Source: Trichodesmium erythraeum IMS101 (GTDB lineage Bacteria; Cyanobacteriota; Cyanobacteriia; Cyanobacteriales; Microcoleaceae). From it: a stretch of 32,000 nucleotides of DNA. Location: contig NC_008312.1 in the NCBI RefSeq assembly GCF_000014265.1, positions 2,760,001-2,792,000 on the forward strand, in the 5' to 3' direction. Under the pieces are notes generated by a model. That model was not told where the DNA came from. It saw nothing but the letters and a program-made list of their open reading frames with translations, and did not search any database. Positions 9,241-18,825 of this stretch are shown piece by piece (within the stretch, counting starts at the first letter, position 1; every line of letters begins with the position of its first letter). Made by a program: the position numbers and the translations under genes.

Positions 9241-10452
9241 TACTTACTCTCTCCATATATTTACCAGAAAATAAGATTTCATACCAAGTTTAGTTTGGTA
9301 TGATGCATCAAAAAAGTTTAGGAATGAGCAGATGATAAACCTCTGCGGAAACTAAGTTTTTATCCAGTTAGTTGAAGAGTTTGAGATTAATTATCCCAGA
9401 GGTCTTTCCAGAGGGCTCATAAGCCTATCCCACTAATAAATTTAGATTAATTCAAATATTTATGATAGTAGTATAATTACTACATATGCTGTGTTACGCC
9501 CAAAATTCATTAAAGCAATCAGCAATATACTCTTATCGTAAGACCCACCGTCAATATTTGCATTGAAACCAACCAAAGCATCGCTTTTGTTAAAAACGTG
9601 GTAAGGAAATTTTGATTGGTCGTTCTCTTTTTCTGTTTACCTTAAAAACTATTTTTGGCAGTTATGGTTTTATGGTTAAGCCAAAGGAGAATTACTAGTT
9701 AATAGTAGATAAATATAGCTATTGGTGGTAACCACTTTGAATCTCTTTCTAGATATTAGATGTGGGCCAGTACTGACTTTGATTATCTATCATGTTTAGT
9801 ATTTATTCTCTTTCATTGCTATTGTCTGCTTTGGTAAAGTTAGCTAGGCAATACATTGTCTTCTGTTAAAGTATGGATCTAAGTTCTTAACTGGAAAGAT
9901 GCCATATCTGGTAGCATCCTTTGTCTTAAAAATTCAGTGACAAGTGACAATTGAAAGAAACCCTTCTACCTCCAAAATTTTAGACCCTGTCTTCTTTCAA
10001 CCCAAGTATAAGTACTCCACCAGACATGAGATAACCTAGCATTAACAGAAACTAAACAATAGGAATTACTAAAAATGGCTATAATTTTTCTTGATCTATG
10101 ACTCTGGACAGGTCTGATAGCTTGATTTAGTAATGTGACAAATACCAAGAAAATAATTATAAAAGCTTCCGTTACTGGGGCAGACATTCAGTCTGTGCTA
10201 GGAATTTAACTTTTGATTTCTCCTCTTAAGTGGGGTAATGGAAGGAGATTGACTTCTAACTTCATATGTATTAAAGCTCTTGTGAATTAAGTCCACAAAA
10301 TAGCTAAAATCCAAAACAAGTCCCGGTTTAAGGGTTCTTTTGAGCATAAAAATCATGAAAGCTTTATAGTGTAAGCTTTTAAGAATTTTCAGTTCTCTCA
10401 CAACTAACAGAAATATTATATCACTGTTCTTGACTCCAAACTTTTATCAAAT

Positions 10453-11763
10453 TTAATTTATCGAAAAAAAATGATTTCTCTTACTATCTCCTAAACCTAA
10501 GCGATCGCCATTAATCTTAGGAGTAATGGCTCTAGGTGATATTGTTGATCCCCACCTATTAACTAATTGTTGTAAAAACTTATCTTGTTCTGCTCGTGTT
10601 TCCTGCCAGTAAGGGCTGCGGTTCACTATCGTAAACCAAACTAAACCCTGTTCCCGGGTTGGAAAAACTCCCGCTAAAGCAATAACATCATTCAAAGTAC
10701 CAGTCTTCACCACTGTTCCTTGGGGAATAGTTCTTGACTGATCGGTTAAAGTTCCTGTATCGTACCCAGATACCGGAAATAGATCAGCAATAACCCACTG
10801 AGAAGTTTGTAAATGCCGTTGAATAGCTATGAACATTGCAGTGACAGCTCTTGGGGAAATTTTATTCCCTAACCCCAACCCAGAACCATTAACTAATTGT
10901 ATTTCAGCTTCCGGTACTCCAGCACCCCAAGCAGCTTTTTGTTGTACAACTTTTGCTCCTCCCAAACTTTTCGCCAATGTCTGAGCTAAATTATTCTTAC
11001 TTTCTACATTCATTGTTTTAAGAATATATATTAGGGGTAATGACTTGTGTCTAATCATGGGCTTTGTTTGAGATACAGATTTTTGGGATATAACAGAACC
11101 AGCAATTACTACTGTTGGCTTTGGTGTTCCTCGTGGCATTCGGTTATAGATACTTTTGACATTTCTTGACCAAGTTGCTGAATTTATACCTTCTTGTAAA
11201 AACTTACCAGCTAACACATGGTTATACTGGTTATTCATCCAAAAATTACCTACTATAACTAAATTGCCCCTAACTTGATTAATGCCCAATTTTTGTATAG
11301 CGTTACCTAGGGCGATCGCTTCTTCCCAGACAAAATAGGGGTCACTACCTCCATTAATAACTAAATCTCCTCGTAAGATGCCATTGGTAATTGGACCAGT
11401 AATACTAATCAAGGTTTCAAACTGATGTTGCGCTCCCCAAGTTTCAAGTGCAGCTAAAGATGTAGCAATTTTAGTTAAAGAAGCACTGGGAATGAGAGTT
11501 GTACCTTCGTGGCTATTGAGGGGTCTTAGTTCTGACTGGATCCAAATACCCTGAGTATTAGGAGTTAGTAGTCCTTTTGTTTTTAAGCCTTCTAAGTATT
11601 CATCTACTTTTAAAGTTAATGTTTCATCTGAATTTTCAGGGGAAATTAGTTCAGGTATACCTGCTTGCCATTTGAGTATAGCTACAGTATTTTGGCCGAT
11701 AGTTTGCATTCCTGCCATCTCTAACCACAGATGTATTACTCCGTAGCTGAACAATTCCCACAT
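10453..11763 (-). CDS. dacB: D-alanyl-D-alanine carboxypeptidase/endopeptidase, PBP4 (S13) family
   Basis: 436 aa. SxxK motif in PSASLTKIATSLAAL, SxN-region block LVNGSGLGLGNKISPRAV, and KTG motif in VVKTGTLNDVIALAGV. The true start may be one of the downstream Met codons (MAGMQ). Confidence 0.85.
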   Translation of the reverse strand: MWELFSYGVIHLWLEMAGMQTIGQNTVAILKWQAGIPELISPENSDETLTLKVDEYLEGLKTKGLLTPNTQGIWIQSELRPLNSHEGTTLIPSASLTKIATSLAALETWGAQHQFETLISITGPITNGILRGDLVINGGSDPYFVWEEAIALGNAIQKLGINQVRGNLVIVGNFWMNNQYNHVLAGKFLQEGINSATWSRNVKSIYNRMPRGTPKPTVVIAGSVISQKSVSQTKPMIRHKSLPLIYILKTMNVESKNNLAQTLAKSLGGAKVVQQKAAWGAGVPEAEIQLVNGSGLGLGNKISPRAVTAMFIAIQRHLQTSQWVIADLFPVSGYDTGTLTDQSRTIPQGTVVKTGTLNDVIALAGVFPTREQGLVWFTIVNRSPYWQETRAEQDKFLQQLVNRWGSTISPRAITPKINGDRLGLGDSKRNHFFSIN

Positions 11764-12336
11764 AACTCAATCCAATCTTTTCAAAACTGTTGTATTTTAA
11801 CAAACTTCATTGATACTAACTCTCTTAAGGGGATGAAAAAAAATATTTGATTCAATATTTCCAGCCGGACGTTGAAGGTGTTCGGTACTATTTCCTGATG
11901 GGATATGAAAAGCCTAGTTATAATCATTGAAATGGTCATAAGAATGGCCATTTTAGTGATCATACTTATGTCCCAGATTTGGCTTCTACTCTTTTGGCAG
12001 AAAATTAATGATTCAGAAGCTAGTTTAATCGTTTAATCAAAAAAAACTTGTTAATCACTATTTCTTCATGGACAATAGTTAAGGATCAAATTTTTGTTAA
12101 TAATTAACTTGAGCTGACCTATCCTTGTTAGTTAAAATACTTAGTAGAGTATGATTAACGTAAATATACTTACGCAGTTACACAGTCTATGTTTTGACAG
12201 AGAATATTTTTCTTTGATGAATTATCTTAATGTCATATCAAACAAATCTATGTATCAAAGTAATTTTTCTCAAGACAAAAAGGAATAAGTAATCAATTAG
12301 CTGATAGAATTCTAAAGGTTTATCTAACTTTGATAA

Positions 12337-13359
12337 ATGGGAACAATACCTACAAAAATCGCAATTGACGCTATGGGTGGGGACTATGCCCCATCAGAAA
12401 TTGTTGAGGGAGCAATCAAGGCCCAAGAAGCTTATGGTGTCAAAGTCTTACTAGCTGGCGACCCTCAGCAAATTAAAGCCTCTATGAATCATAGATTAAG
12501 TCAACCTCTGCCAGAGATAGTTCCTGCTGAGGATATAGTGGAAATGCACGAAGAACCTTTGATGGCTGTTAGGCGCAAGCCCAAAGCATCAATTAACATC
12601 GCTATGAAGTTAGTAAAGGATAAACAAGCAGATGCTGTAGTTTCCGCAGGTAATTCAGGAGCAGCAATGGCCTCTGCTTTGCTTCGTTTGGGAAGAATAC
12701 CAGGAATTGATCGTCCTGCAATTGGGGCAGTCTTACCTACTATGATTCCGAAAAAACCAGTTCTGATCCTTGATGTGGGAGCAAATGTGGACTGTCGCCC
12801 AAAATATTTAGACCAGTTTGCAGTGATGGGGACAATTTACAGTGAATCTGTTCTAGCCACTGATGAGCCAAAAGTGGGACTACTTAATATTGGGGAAGAA
12901 CCATCAAAAGGAAATGATTTAGCAGTTAGGACTTACCAAATACTACAAGAAAATAATCAAATTAAATTCATCGGTAATGCAGAAGGTCGTGATGTTCTGT
13001 CTGGTAAGTTTGATGTGATAGTTTGTGATGGTTTTGCTGGTAATATTTTATTAAAGTTTGCGGAGGCAGTTGGTGATGCTGTGCTGCAAATGATGAGGGA
13101 AGAATTGACGCCTGGTCTTAGTGGGAAAATAGGTACGGCAATATTACGACCTAATTTAAAAAACATGAAACAAAGAATAGATCATGTAGAACATGGAGGA
13201 GGATTATTATTAGGGGTTGGAGGAATTTGTATTATTAGCCATGGTTCTTCTAAAGCACAATCTATATCTAACGCAGTTCGTTCTGCAAAAGAAGCTGTTG
13301 AAAATAGAGTCTTGGAACGAATTAATTCCAAGTATTTACTTGAAGTTGAAAATCAATAG
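12337..13359 (+). CDS. plsX: phosphate acyltransferase PlsX
   Basis: 340 aa. KIAIDAMGGDYAP, VVSAGNSGAAMA, DVGANVDC, VVCDGFAGNILLK and GGLLLGV are all canonical PlsX blocks. Confidence 0.95.
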   Translation: MGTIPTKIAIDAMGGDYAPSEIVEGAIKAQEAYGVKVLLAGDPQQIKASMNHRLSQPLPEIVPAEDIVEMHEEPLMAVRRKPKASINIAMKLVKDKQADAVVSAGNSGAAMASALLRLGRIPGIDRPAIGAVLPTMIPKKPVLILDVGANVDCRPKYLDQFAVMGTIYSESVLATDEPKVGLLNIGEEPSKGNDLAVRTYQILQENNQIKFIGNAEGRDVLSGKFDVIVCDGFAGNILLKFAEAVGDAVLQMMREELTPGLSGKIGTAILRPNLKNMKQRIDHVEHGGGLLLGVGGICIISHGSSKAQSISNAVRSAKEAVENRVLERINSKYLLEVENQ

Positions 13360-13776
13360 TTAGTAATTAATAATTCCTCATTTTTAACGAATTCAAAAAT
13401 TATAACTTTTTGGAAGCTATAATGAGGATTTAGTAAACTTAAATATGAATTTTTTTGATGATAAAAATTTAGTTTGAAAAAGCTTTGAGAAGCATTGAAT
13501 ACAAATAGTAAAGTTGACAGTAAGAAGTGAAAATTATACATATTGAGAAGTAAGTGAAAAAAATTACATCATAAAAATTTAGCAAAACCTAGAGATTGAT
13601 AATTTGTGGTAGTGGTAAATAAATAATTATTTTTCTAGTCTACCTCGCTTAAAATTAAAGGGCTTTAGCAACTAATATCAAGAAAAGTTTAGGAATGTCG
13701 AAAGTTGTAGATTAAGTCTACATTGATATGAATAATAAACAATACTAGAAAATTAATAATAATTAAAAACAGATAG

Positions 13777-14766
13777 ATGACAAATATAGGCGTTTCTATA
13801 ATTGGAAGTGGTTCTGCAATACCAAAAACATCTCTAGATAATCAACAATTATCCCAAATAGTAGAGACTTCTGACGAATGGATCATTTCTCGCACTGGAA
13901 TTAATAAGCGACAGCTAGTAGATACAACAGAATCATTATGTAGCCTTGCTACTCAAGCATCTCTAGCAGCTCTTAACCAAGCAAATATTACTCCTAAAGA
14001 TATTGACCTAATTATTCTGGCTACATCTACTCCTGATGACTTATTTGGTACTGCATGTAAAATTCAATGGGAGTTGGGCGCACAGAAAGCAGTTGCTTTT
14101 GACATAACTGTGGCTTGTTCTGGTTTTCTCTTTGCTCTGGTTACAGGAGCGCAATTTATTCGTAATGGAGTTTATCAAAATGTTTTGTTAATTGGGGCAG
14201 ATATTCTCTCGCGTTGGGTAGACTGGGAAGACCGACGGACTTGTGTTTTATTTGGAGATGGGGCAGGGGCAGTACTTTTACAAGCTTCAGAAAGCGATCG
14301 CCTGCTGGGTTTTGAACTTGGTAGTGATGGTAGTCAAAATAGCTGTTTAAGTCTTTCTTACCAACCCCAAGAAAAGAGAATAATTGAGGGAGTAACTGTT
14401 AGTCAAGGTACTTATCAACCAATAGCTATGAATGGTAAAGAAGTCTATCGTTTTGTAGTACAAAAAGTACCGGAAGCTATAGAAAAAGCTTTATTAAAAG
14501 CTAATATTGATATTGATAAACTTGACTGGTTGCTATTACACCAAGCTAACCAAAGAATCCTTGATGCTGTTGCTAATAGATTGAATATTCCACCAGAAAA
14601 AGTTATTAGTAATCTACGAAATTATGGCAATACTTCTGCTGCTTCTATACCGCTAGCTTTAGATGAAGTTGTTAGGGAAGGACTTGTTAAATCAGGAGAC
14701 ATTATTGCTGCTTCTGGCTTTGGGGCTGGATTAAGTTGGGGTGCAGTAATTTTTCAATGGAACTGA
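13777..14766 (+). CDS. fabH: 3-oxoacyl-ACP synthase III
   Basis: 329 aa. Active-site Cys in DITVACSGFLFAL, His in LLHQANQRIL and Asn in YGNTSAASIPLAL. Confidence 0.95.
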   Translation: MTNIGVSIIGSGSAIPKTSLDNQQLSQIVETSDEWIISRTGINKRQLVDTTESLCSLATQASLAALNQANITPKDIDLIILATSTPDDLFGTACKIQWELGAQKAVAFDITVACSGFLFALVTGAQFIRNGVYQNVLLIGADILSRWVDWEDRRTCVLFGDGAGAVLLQASESDRLLGFELGSDGSQNSCLSLSYQPQEKRIIEGVTVSQGTYQPIAMNGKEVYRFVVQKVPEAIEKALLKANIDIDKLDWLLLHQANQRILDAVANRLNIPPEKVISNLRNYGNTSAASIPLALDEVVREGLVKSGDIIAASGFGAGLSWGAVIFQWN

Positions 14767-14778
14767 TAGGATTAATAT

Positions 14779-14800
14779 CAAGATTTTCATCTTGCTTTTT
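14779..14800 (+). terminator. weak intrinsic terminator after fabH
   Basis: CAAGAT tttc ATCTTG (14779-14794) followed by cTTTTT. The stem is AT-rich, so this is a tentative call. Confidence 0.35.
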
Positions 14801-15239
14801 ACTTTATTCAAAATTTATACCAAAAAAATTTCTCTGAAATATCGTCCATAAGTGGGCGAATTTTTTGTTTTTTTTTCAATAAATATGTAATAGTAAATGT
14901 TAATAGTGTAAAACTAAAATTATCAAGACAAAATTTTAAGTATGGCATATATTAAACACCAGGAAAAAAATACTGAAAGCACAAAAGAAGGGCATTTTTG
15001 TGTCTGTATTATTGAGAATAATAGTCTAGTAAAGAAAGTGAAAAAAATAAGTTAGGAGAAAAAAATCAACTAATTTTGAAGGATAAAAGCTTTTTATTTC
15101 TCAAGCTAAAGAGAATGAATAAAAAGAATGGTTATCAAAAGTTTCAGTTGTATGATTGCAGCAATATTTGAGAGATTTAAACCAAGTCGATCAAAATTTA
15201 TTGACTTTGTACGGGCTCCCTTTTTTAAGGTCCTTGGGT

Positions 15240-15790
15240 AAGGGAAAAAGTAGACATATTTTAAATCCAAAACTCACGCCCCAGGAAATCACCGGCTAAC
15301 TTCTAGTTTAGTTTACTTACCAGAGTATTTAAGTATATCAAGAAAAACCATATTTAGCAAAGATTGGAAAGTTTTAGATGTTTGGGTATTGACCATTCTT
15401 CAGTAACAGTAATTAAAAATTCAGCTAACAGATATTTTTTGAATTTTGTAGTAGAAATACAGTCAGAAACTTTATCTAAAAATGATAATTCAATTGGAAT
15501 AAATTTAGGACTTAAAACTTTTGCAAGAGTAGGAAGTTTGATAAAAAGCTAGACCTCTCAAGCACAAGAATAGGAATGTTTAAACTCTGGTGGCTAACAG
15601 CAATGGTCGTGGAAAATACAGTAATAAAAATATTAATTGTTCCTTGGGCAAAAGGAGATAAAAAAACGGAGGTGGAGGTAAAGGTAACTCACCCTCACCA
15701 AGAATCTGTGAAACTTCAACCTACATAGGAGCTACGACTTTGTCGTTTCTGTGCGCTGGCGCAGCCGAGGAGGATCTCAACTAATTCCTA
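15240..15790 (+). pseudogene. collapsed TnpB (IS200/IS605 OrfB-family) relic
   Basis: Fragments lie in different frames. HILNPKLTPQEIT resembles the TnpB N-terminus (rlyPt.eQ). SSVTVIKNSANRYFLNFVVEIQSE...SIGINLGLKTFA (15364-15552) matches the block leading into the RuvC-I GIDLG motif. TSQ..ECLNSGG (about 15553-15597) resembles the SSQ.C..CG zinc-finger region. Most of the roughly 400-aa protein is missing, and no TnpA or intact ends were seen. Confidence 0.5.
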
Positions 15791-15869
15791 AAAACATGAA
15801 CATAATTATTTAGTTAAGTAATACTAGAAGAGCTAAAAAGTTAATCATTGAAAATTTGTATAAAACCCT

Positions 15870-16505
15870 GTGACTAGAAACCGTGAACCACTTAAGAATT
15901 TGCTTCTTTATCGCTTATTAAAATGGTCAGTAATAGTTCCTATACTGCATTTTTATTTTCGCAATAATATTTATGGTGCTGAAAATGTTCCACAACAAGG
16001 ACCTTTACTCATAGTTAGTAACCATGCTAGCGATCTAGACCCCCCAATTTTATCTGTTTGTGTCAGAAGACCTGTTGCTTATATGGCAAAAGAGGAATTA
16101 TTTAATATACCTATTTTGAAGGAGGTAATTACTTTATATGGTGCTTATCCTGTAAAAAGGGGAGCGGCAGATAGAAGTGCTATTCGTGCTGCTATGAATA
16201 GTTTAGCAGAGGGATGGGCTGCGGGTATCTTTCTACAGGGAACTAGAACTCCTGATGGTAAAATAACAGAACCAAAGTTGGGCGCTGCTTTAATTGCTGC
16301 AAAGGCAAAAGTACCATTGTTACCAGTTTGTGTTTGGGGTACTCATGCAGTGAAACGTCAAGGTCTAATAGCTAATGCTGTACCAGTAACTGTCAGGATA
16401 GCAGAGGTGATACCTCCTCCTGAGTCAACTAAAAAAGAAGAATTAGAACGGGTTAGTCTCAAGTGTGCGGATATAATTAACAAAATGCATGATTTGGGAC
16501 GTTAA
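15870..16505 (+). CDS. plsC: 1-acyl-sn-glycerol-3-phosphate acyltransferase
   Basis: 211 aa with a GTG start. Acyltransferase motif I is NHASDLD, and motifs II-III are YMAKEELF and FLQGTRTPDG. Confidence 0.88.
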   Translation: MTRNREPLKNLLLYRLLKWSVIVPILHFYFRNNIYGAENVPQQGPLLIVSNHASDLDPPILSVCVRRPVAYMAKEELFNIPILKEVITLYGAYPVKRGAADRSAIRAAMNSLAEGWAAGIFLQGTRTPDGKITEPKLGAALIAAKAKVPLLPVCVWGTHAVKRQGLIANAVPVTVRIAEVIPPPESTKKEELERVSLKCADIINKMHDLGR

Positions 16506-16525
16506 TAAATTTAATTACAAAAAAA

Positions 16526-16834
16526 ATGCAAGATATTAAAAAACAATTAGCTGAAAATTTGGATGTAGCTGAATGGAACTGGTTAGTACCTCATGTTAAA
16601 CGTGATTCTGTGGTAATTATAGACCAAAAATTGGATTTGCTAGATGTGGGAGTGGCGATCGCTTCTGATCATAAGTCTTCTGTAGAAAATTGGATCAGCC
16701 AAGAACTTATTTATAAGCCAACAACAGAACAGTTATCGACGTGGAATAGCAATGATACTAAAAAGTTTAATGCTTTGATAGTACAACCTTTTGTTTTAGT
16801 CCAAGAATATGAGGAAACTCAAGAGGAAAACTAA
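16526..16834 (+). CDS. conserved small protein, DUF2288-like
   Basis: 102 aa. The blocks AEWNWLVPHVKRDSVVIID..LDLLDVGVAIASD, VENWI and FNALIVQPFVLVQE match my memory of DUF2288. Its TAA stop (16832-16834) overlaps the TAG stop (16831-16833, minus strand) of the convergent gene. Confidence 0.6.
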   Translation: MQDIKKQLAENLDVAEWNWLVPHVKRDSVVIIDQKLDLLDVGVAIASDHKSSVENWISQELIYKPTTEQLSTWNSNDTKKFNALIVQPFVLVQEYEETQEEN

Positions 16835-17406
16835 TGGAGAAGGTTGGCTCCTGTATAACCAGTAGTTAACCAAAGAATTCCTCTAATTCCATCTCGAATT
16901 GCTTTTTTTATGGGCTCGGGGGATCGCCCGGAGGGAACTGGTAGGGGCTTAAAAGCAATACCCCTACTACTCAAAACAATTTTGCCGATAACTATAGCGC
17001 GACGCATATGGTCATCGGAGGTAACTAAATAAACACTTGTAATACCTTGAGATTTTAGTTTATCTACTGTTGTTGTGAAATTAGTGACGGTATCTACGGC
17101 GTCATAGTCTAAATGTAAACGGGTTTGTGATATGCCAGCTTGGGAAAATAACCACTCTGCGTATTCTGGGTTACTGCCAGAAGATACCCAAATATCTAAG
17201 TTAGGATGTTGGCGGGCAAATTCGGCGGCAAATGCTTCTCTTTCTATGGCTCCACCAAGTACTAATAATGCTTGAGGAGGTTTAATGGTACCACTAATTT
17301 GTTGGTAACTAATCCAAAGAGTAGCTAAAAGTCCTAATAAAAACCACGAAATTAGAGAAATTTTTAATCTATGTAATTTCGTATTGGAAGTTACCCTCAA
17401 AACCAT
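16831..17406 (-). CDS. DUF218 / YdcF-family protein
   Basis: 191 aa. One N-terminal TM segment, then ALLVLGGAIEREAFAAEF...IWVSSGSNPEY...DAVDTVTNF...VYLVTSDDHMRRA, typical of the DUF218 (ElyC/YdcF/SanA) fold. Confidence 0.8.
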   Translation of the reverse strand: MVLRVTSNTKLHRLKISLISWFLLGLLATLWISYQQISGTIKPPQALLVLGGAIEREAFAAEFARQHPNLDIWVSSGSNPEYAEWLFSQAGISQTRLHLDYDAVDTVTNFTTTVDKLKSQGITSVYLVTSDDHMRRAIVIGKIVLSSRGIAFKPLPVPSGRSPEPIKKAIRDGIRGILWLTTGYTGANLLH

Positions 17407-17982
17407 ATGTTTTCAAATCAAAAACCACCTGTAGTTTTACAGATGGAAATAGCTTCAATATCAATATTCAAAAAGTACTATCTACCATCCGGAGTTAGAA
17501 GTGGGGAAGTAGGGAAATAGTGAGCAACATTCTATCAAAATCCCTACAGATGGAGACTTTCCATGGAACTGTCTGAGGTTGGAAGTGAGAATTATAGAGA
17601 GGGTAGTCGAATATATTTCTGCCTTGATTTTTTTGCATATTTATAGGTATAAAAAAACGACTTGAGTCAATATCAACTTATTTTTTGAGGTTTATTCAGT
17701 CAGCCTCTGATTTTTGGAGGAAAACTATGTTTTATAAATATCTTTCTTCAGATAAGACTTGACAAAAAATATAAATTGTGCATTTGGTGTTATATTAATT
17801 ATATGATTGTTTTTCTACAGTAAATTTATTTCAAAATTGGTTTTTTTCTGCCAGGCCTAATTCTTTGCTCATTCTCTGTCCCTCCCGCCCGTTTCCAGAT
17901 CCCTCTATTCAGAACAAGCCTTTAGGAGTCCCAGGGATAGGAAGATAGGGAGGTTGAGTTTTGACTTTTGAATTTTGATTTA

Positions 17983-18301
17983 CGGGACTGGCGCGATTCG
18001 AACGCGCGACCTAGCGCTTCAGATTTGTGTGAGTTTCCCCACTCTCTGGACTATCCCTTCACCATAGCTTTTATAGCTTTAGGTGGTGGCCTAACGCTTC
18101 AGGAGAATTATCATTACTCCTTACAACTCTAGTCTCTGCACCTTCTTTACCTCATTAGGGGTAAAGCTTGGCTCAAGATTACCTTATCTTTGTAAATGAC
18201 TTAGGCTTCCTTGAGTTTGACCACATTCACTCATGGAGTTTCCTCACATGGTGCCCGATACTTCAGGAGGCGCTTGCTCTATCCATCTGAGCCACAGCCC
18301 C
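17983..18301 (-). tRNA. tRNA-Arg(CCU) interrupted by a group I intron (exons 18301..18265 and 18019..17983)
   Basis: Joined exons give a perfect 74-nt cloverleaf:
- acceptor stem GGGGCTG/CAGTCCC with one G-T pair
- D arm GCTC-AGATGGATA-GAGC
- anticodon stem AGCGC/GCGCT with loop CT-CCT-AA
- variable loop AGGTC
- T arm GCGCG-TTCGAAT-CGCGC
- discriminator G, no encoded CCA
Exon 1 ends in U36 and the intervening sequence ends in G, as group I splicing requires. Confidence 0.88.
18020..18264 (-). ncRNA. group I intron (tRNA-type, IC3-like), 245 nt
   Basis: In RNA sense the intron reads GAAGTATCGGGCACCATGTGAGGAAACTCCATG..., with these elements:
- P2 hairpin with a GAAA loop
- P4 pairing CTCAAG/CTTGAG (the P and Q elements)
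- R element GCAGAGACTAGA and S element AAGGGATAGTCC, forming P7 (GACTA/TAGTC)
- P3 pairing GTGGTC/GGCCAC
- P9 hairpin GAGT-GGGGAA-ACTC
- terminal G
Length and motif order match bacterial pre-tRNA introns as I remember them. Confidence 0.85.
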
Positions 18302-18789
18302 ATTGTAAAGCTATAGAAATCTATTAACTTTCAATATACAAAATAAAGATTAGCAGTTAAAATTGCTTTCTTATTTATTTATAATAAAATCTAGTTATAA
18401 AATTTGTTGTAATTTTAACATTAACTTAATTAACTACTTATATATCTGTATTTGCCTTTCAATAACTAACTATTGGACTGGGCTTCAGTTAACTTCTGAT
18501 GTCTTAAATTAACAACTAATTTTATTTGTGCGTAATATCACTTAAAAAATAAAACGCTTGATAACTATAGCATGAATTTTGTGGGTTTGTCTATTATTAT
18601 TAAAGTTTTTTTTCCCAAAAATGATTATTCTTTGATTCAGTCAATATTCTAGACTGGTTTCTGAATGACTAATTAATAATTTTTGGCCTGCTTGACTAAA
18701 AAATAAGGTCTCAAAATTGCTCTTTCAAAGTTCGGGGGAAAAAAATAAATTTCAGTATTTGGCTGCAGACTTCAGCTAGAGGTACTTAC

Positions 18790-18810
18790 TAACTGTTAAC
18801 TGATACTAAA
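18790..18810 (+). repeat. heptamer tract in the leader of the STAND gene
   Basis: TAACTGT TAACTGA TACTAAA, ending 15 nt before the ATG at 18826. Confidence 0.7.
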
Positions 18811-18825
18811 ATAACAAAACATTAT

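Noticed and set aside
9966-10401. Track ORFs 9966..10187 (-) and 10198..10401 (-) in the gap between the AAA-like gene and dacB
   Set aside because: No SD, odd composition and no motif. They are of a size expected by chance in a 1.2-kb gap.
11781-13541. Track ORFs 11781..11963 (-), 12957..13166 (-) and 13353..13541 (-)
   Set aside because: 12957..13166 is antisense inside plsX. The other two are low-complexity, Phe/Ile/Asn-rich products of AT-rich intergenic DNA.
17870-17982. Relatively GC-rich, partly self-complementary segment (CCCTCCC...GGGAGG) just 3' of the tRNA as a possible additional RNA gene or attachment site
   Set aside because: The pairing is imperfect and I could not fold it into any known RNA class or find a second copy. 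It may just be the tRNA trailer or terminator.
17983-18301. Alternative reading of the split tRNA as tRNA-Gln(CUG), with junction CCU|CUGAA
   Set aside because: That junction would make the intron end in U rather than G and would place the splice site after U33. Only the CCU|AA junction satisfies the group I rule of U before the 5' splice site and G before the 3' splice site. A20 in the D loop also fits Arg identity.
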